The notes under the pieces: model-generated
What the model was told of the DNA's origin: nothing
The model's database searches: none
The model's input: only the letters and a program-made list of their open reading frames with translations
NCBI GenBank assembly: GCA_963708135.1
Contig: OY970192.1
Coordinates: 3,296,001 to 3,360,000 of the forward strand
DNA length: 64,000 bases
Reading direction: 5' to 3'
Origin: an uncultured Gemmatimonadales bacterium
Lineage (GTDB): Bacteria > Gemmatimonadota > Gemmatimonadetes > Longimicrobiales > RSA9
Part shown: positions 40,725 to 48,592 of the stretch, in pieces
Numbering within the stretch: the stretch's first letter is position 1
Layout: every line of letters starts with the position of its first letter
Made by a program: the position numbers and the translations under genes

Positions 40725-41114
40725 ATGGGCAGGAAACTGAAGGTGTTGTACGACTGTGAGGCATGCACCGCCTACTGCTGCAGCTATCCCCGCATCATCG
40801 TCACGGAGTCCGACATCGCGCGGCTCGGCGAGCGGTTCGGCCTCTCGCCGGAGGAGGCGCGGCGCAAGTTGACGAAGGCCGGCTACGAGGACGGCGAGCG
40901 GGTGCTTCGCCACCGGCGGGACCGCATCTTCGGCAGCGCGTGCCAGTTCCTCGACCGCAAGACCCGCCGCTGCACCGTCTACGAGCACCGGCCCGAGGTG
41001 TGCCGGGACTTCCCGGGCCAGCGGCGCTGCGGCTACTACGATTTCCTGACGTTCGAGCGGCGGGTCCAGGAGGACCCTGACCTGGTCGTGCGGGCGAGCG
41101 TGGAGCTGAGCTGA
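40725..41114 (+). CDS. YkgJ family cysteine-cluster protein
   Basis: CEACTAYCC, CQFLD, CTVYEHRPEVCRDFP. Confidence 0.9.
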   Translation: MGRKLKVLYDCEACTAYCCSYPRIIVTESDIARLGERFGLSPEEARRKLTKAGYEDGERVLRHRRDRIFGSACQFLDRKTRRCTVYEHRPEVCRDFPGQRRCGYYDFLTFERRVQEDPDLVVRASVELS

Positions 41115-41155
41115 GCGCGGCCGCTGCACGGAACCGACAGGTGAAGGAGGCACGG

Positions 41156-41551
41156 ATGAGCGAGAGCGGCGAGCGGGCCCCGGGCGTGGTGCGGCCGGCG
41201 GCCGGGGTGCCCGGCCAGCAGGTGGCGGCGGGGCGGGACACGCGCATGCAGGTGCTGGTCGGCCCGGGCGAGGGCGCGCCGAACTTCGTGCTGCGGCGAT
41301 TCACCATGGAGCCGGGTGGCGGGATCCCGCTCCACACGAACGAGGTGGAGCACGAGCAGTACGTGCTGCGCGGCCGGGCCCGGATCACCATCGGCGCCGC
41401 CACCCACGACGTCGGCCCGGACGACACCCTCTACATCCCGGCCGGCGCGCCGCACAGCTACGAGGTGGTCGAGGGCCCGTTCGAGTTCCTGTGCGTGGTG
41501 CCGAACGCGCCCGACCGGCTCACCATCGTCGAGGGCGAGGGCCGCCGCTGA
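41156..41551 (+). CDS. Cupin domain protein
   Basis: PLHTNEVEHEQYVLRG, YIPAGAPH; AGGAGG RBS. Confidence 0.9.
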   Translation: MSESGERAPGVVRPAAGVPGQQVAAGRDTRMQVLVGPGEGAPNFVLRRFTMEPGGGIPLHTNEVEHEQYVLRGRARITIGAATHDVGPDDTLYIPAGAPHSYEVVEGPFEFLCVVPNAPDRLTIVEGEGRR

Positions 41552-41611
41552 GGCGGCGCCGCGGCGTCCGGCCGGGTGGTCGTCGCGTTTGGGTCCGGGC
41601 GCCGGGAGGGC

Positions 41612-41977
41612 GGAGAGTGGGGGAGTGGGGGAGTGGGGGATGCGGCTGGCCTGGGCGCGTCCCTCCGGCTGCCAGGCGCGGCGCCGATCCCGGCGCGCGC
41701 CGCGTTCAGGCGGCCGCCGCCCGGGCAGAGCGGACCGCGCCGGACAAGGGGCATCGCGCGCGACAGGCGGGACGGGCGGAATCGCGCGCTGCACCGGCGG
41801 AACGGCGCGGGACGGGCGGAACCGCGCGGGACAGGCGGAACCGCGCGGGACAGGCGGAACGGCGCGGGACGGGCGGAACGCGCGGATGCCGCCTGAAGGT
41901 GCGTCCGCCCGGTCCCGCTCTGGCCCGGCGACGCTCGGCCGCCGCCATCGTCGCCCGGTCTCCCACTCTCCCACTCT
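41612..41977. repeat. Element with inverted (GGGRGAGT)n arms enclosing a 19-bp tandem repeat
   Basis: Arms at 41612-41640 and 41960-41977; GGCGGAAC recurs at 41796, 41815, 41834, 41853 and 41872. Confidence 0.75.
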
Positions 41978-42046
41978 GGCGCGGAGCACACCCGCGCCTC
42001 GCCCGAACCTTCCCGCCGTGAAAAATCCTGAGCGCCGCGCCCTGCG

Positions 42047-42709
42047 TCAGAACGTGAAGCGCAGTCCCGCCGTCAGCGCCACGTTGTTCAGGTCCTTCGT
42101 CTTGGCGTCCAGCACGCCGAACGGACCCAGGTCGTACGTGCCGAAGTCGGCCTTCGCGATGTAGTCCTTGGCCAACAGCCGGAGCGCGAGGCTCTGCGTG
42201 AGCGGCACGTCCACCCCCAGGCCTCCGCTGACCATGAAATCGGTCGTGCGCGCGTGCAGCCCGGACACCGCGATGTCGCGATGGATGGCCCCGCCGCCCA
42301 GCTGGACGAGGGGGATCAGCCGCTTCCCCTGCGCGGCCCAGGAATCGGCGCGCAGCTGGACGGCGGCCTCGTAGATATAGGCCTTGCTCTGCCCGACGCC
42401 GATGCCGCCGACGAGCGGGATCCCGGCCTCCAGGTTGCCGCCGGAGTAGGCGAACCCGCCCAGCAGCGACGCGCTCGGCGCCAGCGGCAGCCCGGCCTGC
42501 ACGCCGTAGACGCCCGTGCTCGCCGGCCCCACCTCCGCGCCGGAGTAGTGCGCGAACTTCTGCGTCAGCATGACGCCGGCGAACGGCGCCACCTCGAACG
42601 AGCCGCGGTTGACCGACACCGTGGAGCCCGCCCGCTGCGCGAGCAGCGGGAGCGGAGACAGGAGCGCGCCGGCGCACAGCCCGGCGGCGGCAAGATTGAA
42701 GACGCGCAT
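42047..42709 (-). CDS. Outer membrane beta-barrel protein
   Basis: Signal peptide, amphipathic strands, C-terminal TAGLRFTF (BAM-type terminal Phe). Confidence 0.85.
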   Translation of the reverse strand: MRVFNLAAAGLCAGALLSPLPLLAQRAGSTVSVNRGSFEVAPFAGVMLTQKFAHYSGAEVGPASTGVYGVQAGLPLAPSASLLGGFAYSGGNLEAGIPLVGGIGVGQSKAYIYEAAVQLRADSWAAQGKRLIPLVQLGGGAIHRDIAVSGLHARTTDFMVSGGLGVDVPLTQSLALRLLAKDYIAKADFGTYDLGPFGVLDAKTKDLNNVALTAGLRFTF

Positions 42710-42758
42710 GATCACCTCTCGGCGCGGATGGATCTCGAGACTGCCCGCCCCATGGGGA

Positions 42759-42774
42759 AGCAGGCCGGGTGCCA
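42759..42774 (-). promoter_or_regulatory. Candidate sigma-54 promoter
   Basis: Minus strand TGGCACCCGGCCTGCT, 50 nt upstream of ATG 42709. Confidence 0.6.
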
Positions 42775-43008
42775 GACGCCTGGCGCTGCTGGGACTCCTT
42801 GCCGGGCAGCGGTTCCCGTCAATCGCGAGGATGGGGCCGCGCCGCGTGGGTGTCCCCGTGATGGGACGTATTCGCGTCCCACCGCGGCGCCAGGGCCGGT
42901 TGCGCGCGGCGGTCCGGGCACGTAGAACGAGGCACCCGTCGCGGCAGGACGGCGGAACGTGCTCCGGTCCGCCGCCGCGGACGGAGTCAACCAGGATGGA
43001 GAGCGGCG

Positions 43009-43395
43009 ATGAACACGGTGGTGACGGCGACGCGGATGCTGATCCGGCTGGACGGGCTGGCCCTGCTGGTGCTGGGCGTGCTGATCTGGACGGGCACGGC
43101 CGCGGGGCTGGTGGGGATCCACATCATGCTCGGCTTCCTGCTCGTGCTGCTCATGTGGACGCTGGCGGGGCTGGGCGCGTGGGCGGGGGTCGGCACGGGG
43201 CAGGTCCTGGTGCTGGCGGTCTGGGCGCTGGTGATGCCGGCGTTCGGCCTCGTGCAGCGGACGCTGCACCCCGGGCCGGGGCACTGGGTGATCGCGGTCG
43301 TCCACCTGCTGATCGGCCTGGCCGCGCTGGGCCTCGCGGAAGGGCTCGGCGCGCGCACCCGGCGGCGGGTGCTGCCGGGGTCGGCGGGTCCCTGA
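43009..43395 (+). CDS. Small four-TM membrane protein
   Basis: Four hydrophobic helices with intramembrane His residues (IHIMLG, VHLLIG); GGAG RBS. Confidence 0.8.
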   Translation: MNTVVTATRMLIRLDGLALLVLGVLIWTGTAAGLVGIHIMLGFLLVLLMWTLAGLGAWAGVGTGQVLVLAVWALVMPAFGLVQRTLHPGPGHWVIAVVHLLIGLAALGLAEGLGARTRRRVLPGSAGP

Positions 43396-43403
43396 GACGC
43401 GCG

Positions 43404-43433
43404 GCGGGCGGCGCCGGGTCAGGCGCCGCCCGC
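43404..43433. terminator. Hairpin between convergent genes
   Basis: GCGGGCGGCGCC-gggtca-GGCGCCGCCCGC forms a perfect 12-bp stem; no clear U-tract. Confidence 0.5.
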
Positions 43434-43441
43434 TTACCGCC

Positions 43442-44134
43442 TCAGCCGGCGAAGCAGTAGTTGGCGCCCTTTTCCTGGGCGAGCCCGACGGCGAGCACGC
43501 CCGACGGGACGAGCTGGACGCCCGGCAGCAGGTGGTCGACCCAGTCCTGGTGGATCTTGGCCGCGTCGCCGCCGGTCTTCTTGGCGACCGCCGCGGCGTC
43601 GACCGTGAGCGCCATGTTGCAGACGCCCACGAGCACGCCGGTGTCGATCAGGCGGGTGACGCCAATGTCGGGCAGCGGCAGCCCCTTGATGTCCGCGTAG
43701 ATATTGCGCCTGGCGGGCTTGCCGTTCTCCTCGATCTTCAGGTCCTCGCCGAACGGGTACTTGGCCCACATCGCGTCCTGGAGTCCGAGCGCGGCCGACT
43801 CGTGCCGCAGGACCAGCACGGCCGTGGCGTCCTTGGCGGCGCCCGGGTAGGTCTGGTCCAGCGTCAGCAGGTAGACGCGGGGCCAGACCGCGGGGAGCCC
43901 GCCGTGGGGCGCGGGCGAGTCGAAGACGATCTTGTGCGTGCCCTTGATGCGCTCGAGCCACGCATCCAGAGAGGGGTCGGCCGCGCCGCGCAGCGGACTC
44001 GTGACGCCCGGCTTCGTGCGCCCGTGGGTGGCGGGCGCGAAGCCGGCGAGTCCCGTGAAGCCGAGCGCGGCGGCGGCGCCGAGGCGCCCGATGAAGCCGC
44101 GCCGATGGGTCGTCGGGCGAGCGGGATCGGACAT
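43442..44134 (-). CDS. Tat-exported DsrE/F-like protein
   Basis: RRGFI twin-arginine signal; HKIVFD, GVCNMAL, VPSGVLAVGLAQEKG. Confidence 0.75.
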   Translation of the reverse strand: MSDPARPTTHRRGFIGRLGAAAALGFTGLAGFAPATHGRTKPGVTSPLRGAADPSLDAWLERIKGTHKIVFDSPAPHGGLPAVWPRVYLLTLDQTYPGAAKDATAVLVLRHESAALGLQDAMWAKYPFGEDLKIEENGKPARRNIYADIKGLPLPDIGVTRLIDTGVLVGVCNMALTVDAAAVAKKTGGDAAKIHQDWVDHLLPGVQLVPSGVLAVGLAQEKGANYCFAG

Positions 44135-44332
44135 TGTGCTCCTCCTTTGTGGGGGGACGCATTGGGGGGTCCGGTACGTCGTCGCAGGCTTTCAGGAATT
44201 ACACGCGCGGGCGTTCGTGTCAATGCGGACGATTTTCGGCAGGTGACGGCCCCTTTGCCCGCGCACCCGCCACGGCTTACGTTGGCGTGCGGCTGTCCCG
44301 CCGCGAACCCATCCGAACAACGGAAGGCCACG

Positions 44333-46834
44333 ATGCCCGAACGCCACGCCCTCCTGCGTCCCGTCCCGCTGCTCCTCCTGGCGACGTCTCTGCTCGCCGC
44401 GCCGCCGGCGCTCTCCGCGCAGGGCGCGGGGGCGAGTTCGTCGCCTCCCTCGATTGCGGACAAGACGCGCGGCATGGAGAAGCGCGACGGGCTGTTTCCG
44501 CTGTACTGGGACTCGGCCACGGGCAGGGTCTTCCTGGAGATCCCGCACCTGGACCGGCAGTACCTCTACGTGGAGGCGCTGCCGTGGGGCATGGGCTCCA
44601 ACGACATCGGGCTGGACCGCGGCCAGGAGGGGCAGGAGAAGCTGGTGGAGTTCCACCGCTCGGGGCCGAAGATCCTCATGGTGCAGCCGAACCTCGACTA
44701 CCGCGCCGAGACCGAGAATGCGGCGGAGCGGCGCGCGATCGAGCAGTCGTTCGCGCGCTCCGTCATCTGGGGCTTCAAGGTGGCGGCGGAGACGGACGGG
44801 CGGGTGCTCGTGGACGCCACGGACTTCGCCGTGCGCGACGTGCACGACGTGGTGGGCGCGCTCAAGCGCTCGAACCAGGGCGCCTACCACCTCGACCGCG
44901 ACCGCAGCGCCATCTACCTGCCCGACACGCGGGCGTTCCCCCGCAACACCGTCATCGAGGCGACGCTGACCTACGAGGGCGACGCGCCCGGGCGCTGGGT
45001 CCGCGACGTGACGCCGACGCCCACGGCCATCACGCTGCGCGAGCGCGTGGAGCTGGTCGAGCTGCCGGGCCCCGGCTTCCACGAGGTCAGGAACACCCCC
45101 GGCGCCGGCTATTTCGGGATCACCTACGACAACTACGCCGCGCCGCTCGGGCACCCGATGACGGAGCGCTTCATCACCAAGCACCGGCTCGAGAAGAAGG
45201 ACCCGGCGGCGGCCGTGAGCGAGCCCGTCCAGCCGATCGTCTATTACCTGGACCCGGGCGTGCCGGAGCCGATCCGCTCCGCGCTGCTGCGCGGCGTCGG
45301 CTGGTGGAACCAGGCCTTCGAGGCCGCCGGCTTCCGCAACGCCTTCCGCGTCGAGATGCTGCCCGACAGCGCCGACCCGCTCGACATCCGCTACAACGTC
45401 GTCGAGTGGGTGCACCGCGCCACGCGCGGCTGGAGCTACGGCGGCTCCATCGTGGATCCGCGCACGGGCGAGATCATCCAGGGCCACGTCACGCTCGGCT
45501 CGCTGCGCGCGCGCCAGGACTACCTGATCGGCCGCGGCCTCATCGGCCCCTACCACGGCGACGACGCCGACACCGCCCGCATCGCGCGCATGGTGCTCGC
45601 CCGCATGAGCCAGCTCGGCGCCCACGAGACCGGCCACACCCTCGGCCTGGCCCACAACTACATCGCCAGCACCGAGGGCCGCGCCTCCGTCATGGACTAC
45701 CCGTACATGGACGTGAAGCTGGCGCCCGACGGCTCGCTCGACCTCTCGGACGCCTACGCCAGCGGGATCGGCGCCTGGGACAAGGTCACCATCGCCTACG
45801 GCTACTCCGTCTTCCCGCCCGGCGTGAACGACGACTCCGCGCGCATGGCCATCCTGGCCGATGCGCGCGCGCACGGCATCACCTTCCTCACCGACCAGGA
45901 CGCCCGGCCGACCGGCTCCGTGCACCCCCGGGTCCACCTCTGGGACAACGGCACCGACGCCGCCGCCGAGCTCGAGCGGCTGATCCGCGTGCGCGCCGCG
46001 GCGCTCGACCGCTTCGGCGAGACCTCGATCCGCCAGGGCATGCCCGTCGCCACCATGGAGGAGGCCCTCGTACCGATCTACCTGTTCCACCGCTACCAGG
46101 TCGAGGCCGCCGCCAAGGTCGTGGGCGGCGAGTCCTACGACTACGCGCTCCGCGGCGACGGGCAGACGCCGATGCGGCGTGTCCCCGGCCCCGAGCAGCA
46201 CCAGGCGCTGGCCGCGCTCATGCACACCCTCTCGCCCGCCGTGCTGGCGCTGCCCCGCTCCATCGTGGACCGGCTCCCGCCCCGCCCGTTCCTCTATCCC
46301 GCGCACCGCGAGCTCTTCGAGCGCTACACCGGCCTCGCCTTCGACCCCGTCGCGCCGGCCCGCGTGGCCGCGGACCTGACCGTCTCCATGCTGCTCCAGC
46401 CGCAGCGGGCCGCCCGCCTGGTCGAGCAGCACGCGCTCGACGCCTCGCTGCCCGGGCTCGCCCAGGTGCTGGACACGCTCGTCCAGGCCACGTTCGGCGC
46501 CCGCACCCGCCCGGGCTACGACGGCGCCGTCCAGCGGACCGTCCGCGACGTCGTGCTCCACGACCTGCTCTCCCTCGGCGCGGGCGCCCCGATGCCCGAC
46601 GTGCGTGCCCAGGTCCTCTACCGCGTCCAGGCGCTCCGCCGCCGCCTGGCCGCCGCCGCCCCCGGCGCGCCCGAGCAGGACCGCGCCCAGGCCGCCCTCA
46701 TGGTGAACGAGATCGACCGCTTCGTGAAGGACCCGACCCCCTTCGCCAAGCCCGCGGCGGCGCTCGAGATCCCGCCCGGCAGCCCGATCGGGCAGGCAAT
46801 GCTCGATTATCTCCGGGAGTATGCCGGCTGGTAG
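44333..46834 (+). CDS. Exported zinc metalloprotease (DUF5117/DUF4953 type metzincin)
   Basis: HETGHTLGLAHN, SVMDYP Met-turn, PIVYYLD, DPRTGEI. Confidence 0.9.
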   Translation: MPERHALLRPVPLLLLATSLLAAPPALSAQGAGASSSPPSIADKTRGMEKRDGLFPLYWDSATGRVFLEIPHLDRQYLYVEALPWGMGSNDIGLDRGQEGQEKLVEFHRSGPKILMVQPNLDYRAETENAAERRAIEQSFARSVIWGFKVAAETDGRVLVDATDFAVRDVHDVVGALKRSNQGAYHLDRDRSAIYLPDTRAFPRNTVIEATLTYEGDAPGRWVRDVTPTPTAITLRERVELVELPGPGFHEVRNTPGAGYFGITYDNYAAPLGHPMTERFITKHRLEKKDPAAAVSEPVQPIVYYLDPGVPEPIRSALLRGVGWWNQAFEAAGFRNAFRVEMLPDSADPLDIRYNVVEWVHRATRGWSYGGSIVDPRTGEIIQGHVTLGSLRARQDYLIGRGLIGPYHGDDADTARIARMVLARMSQLGAHETGHTLGLAHNYIASTEGRASVMDYPYMDVKLAPDGSLDLSDAYASGIGAWDKVTIAYGYSVFPPGVNDDSARMAILADARAHGITFLTDQDARPTGSVHPRVHLWDNGTDAAAELERLIRVRAAALDRFGETSIRQGMPVATMEEALVPIYLFHRYQVEAAAKVVGGESYDYALRGDGQTPMRRVPGPEQHQALAALMHTLSPAVLALPRSIVDRLPPRPFLYPAHRELFERYTGLAFDPVAPARVAADLTVSMLLQPQRAARLVEQHALDASLPGLAQVLDTLVQATFGARTRPGYDGAVQRTVRDVVLHDLLSLGAGAPMPDVRAQVLYRVQALRRRLAAAAPGAPEQDRAQAALMVNEIDRFVKDPTPFAKPAAALEIPPGSPIGQAMLDYLREYAGW

Positions 46835-46935
46835 CGGGATGCGTGTTTGGGGGGGGCGGGATGCGGGAATGGGAGGGTGCCACCCGGTTGAGCGCAACCC
46901 CGCCGCCAGCCTCGGGGACCCTCCCCCCGCACCCC

Positions 46936-47095
46936 GTGCCGCAGTCCGTCGTGCCGCAGTTCCGTCGTGCCGCAGTCCGTCGTGCCGCAGTTCCGTCGTG
47001 CCGCAGTCCGTCGTGCCGCAGTCTGTCGTGCCGCAGTCCGTCGTGCCGCAGTCCGTCGTGCCGCAGTCCGTCGTGCCGCAGTCCGTCGTGCCGCA
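46936..47095. repeat. 15-bp tandem repeat GTGCCGCAGTCCGTC, 10 copies plus a partial
   Basis: Direct count; units 2 and 4 carry an extra T and unit 6 a C>T change. Confidence 0.95.
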
Positions 47096-47629
47096 CCGCC
47101 CCACCGCACCCTTGTACCGCCGCGTCTCCCCCTCCCTGGGGGGGGACTTCCGGGATGACGTGTGCCTGCGGCGCAACTCGGCTTGGGGACCGGCGTCCGG
47201 ATCGGCCTGGCGGCTGGCGTCATGGCGACGCCGGGTCCGCCCCCTGCGCCTGACGGCGCCGCCGTTGCCCCCTTCCACCGCCACCTCCGCTTTCGCGCCC
47301 CCGCCCCGTAGCATCCAGGGGTCCGGGGGAACTCAGGGGCGGCGCGAAAAGCACGGCGCGATTCGCGGGCGGGCTCGAGGACGGGCCGACCCGGGCCGGG
47401 GGGAGCGAGCAAGATCGGGGTGTGGACCTCTCCGTGAGGATCGGAACCCCTCTTCTTATCGGGATTCGAGAAGAAAGGCGCAGTGGCCGCCTCTCGGCGA
47501 CACCGCGACCGCCATCTTGCTCGATTTCCGGGATGATTCGGGATCTGGGCGGTTTGGCGCCCGTCCATTGGGCGATCTTGATCGCGCCGCGAGCGCTGTT
47601 GTGGGCCGATGAGCCGCTCTGCCGCCCGC

Positions 47630-47807
47630 GAGGGCAGGAAAGTCCCCACCCTTCCGTCGCGGAATGGACGCTTGGGGACTTGACTGCGAATAGCGCGGCA
47701 AAGTCCCCAATCGTTCCGATCGGCCTCCGACGCTTGGGGAGTTGACAACGAATAGCGCGGTCAACTCCCCAAACGCCTTCGCGGGGGGGTACGGCTGGGG
47801 AGTTCAC
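47630..47807. repeat. Palindromic ~62-bp-period element, copy 2 (inverted)
   Basis: TGGGGAGTTGACAACGAATAGCGCGGTCAACTCCCCA at 47735-47771 is the exact reverse complement of 37225-37261; a variant lies at 47673-47709. Confidence 0.85.
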
Positions 47808-47846
47808 GGCCGCCGCACGCAGCCGCCGCCCGCGCGAACCGCACCA

Positions 47847-48350
47847 GCCCCGGCTCCCACCCGCGCGCGGACGAGGGGCTGCCGGCCTGGATGACCGTGC
47901 CCGCGCCAGCCCCGGCTCCCACCCGCGCGCGGACGAGGGCTGCTCATCGCCGCGGCGGCCACCGTCCCCGCCCCGGCCCGCGCCCGCGCGCGGAAGAGTC
48001 TGCTGCGCCCGCGCGGCTTCGACGACGTCCACCCCGGTCCGCGGCCGCGCGGGGAAGAGGCGGCCGCAGTGTTGCGGGCAACCGAAACGACGCGCGCCCG
48101 CGCCCGCGCGGGGAAGAGCGGGTCCGCCCCCTGCGCCAGCAACGTCCGCACCCCGCGCCCGCGCCCGCGCGGGGAAGAGGTCAGCCGGATCGCCGCAGTG
48201 CGCGTCGGTGCGCCCGCGCCCGCGCCCGCGCGGGGAAGAGGGAGGAGGTCGTGAGCCGCGAGGACGCGCTAGACCCGCGCCCGCGCGGGGAAGAGGGAGG
48301 AGATGGTGAGCCGCGAGGACGCGCTGGACCCGCGCCCGCGCGGGGAAGAG
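47847..48350 (-). CRISPR. Degenerate orphan CRISPR-like array (9 repeats, type I-E-like geometry)
   Basis: Core CCCGCGCCCGCGCGGGGAAGAG ends at 47875, 47937, 47998, 48059, 48118, 48179, 48240, 48295 and 48350. Six spacers of 30-33 nt are distinct and two of 26 nt are near-identical. No cas genes in the window. Confidence 0.45.
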
Positions 48351-48592
48351 GGCGGGGGCGGCGGCGGGTCGGGCCCGGCGGGGAGTCGTGAGCCCGCGGC
48401 GCGCCGCGCGCCTCCGCCAACGGAAGCCGGCGCGGCCGGGCGGCAGCCCCCTCGAGCCCCGAGCCCCGAGCCCCCAGCCCCGAGCCCGAGCCCGAGCCCG
48501 AGCCCCGCCCCCGACCCGTCCGTTCAGTCCGGCCGGGCGCACCGATCGGCCCCGGCCGTCGCTGGCTCGGGCAGGCCGATGCGAGACGCACT

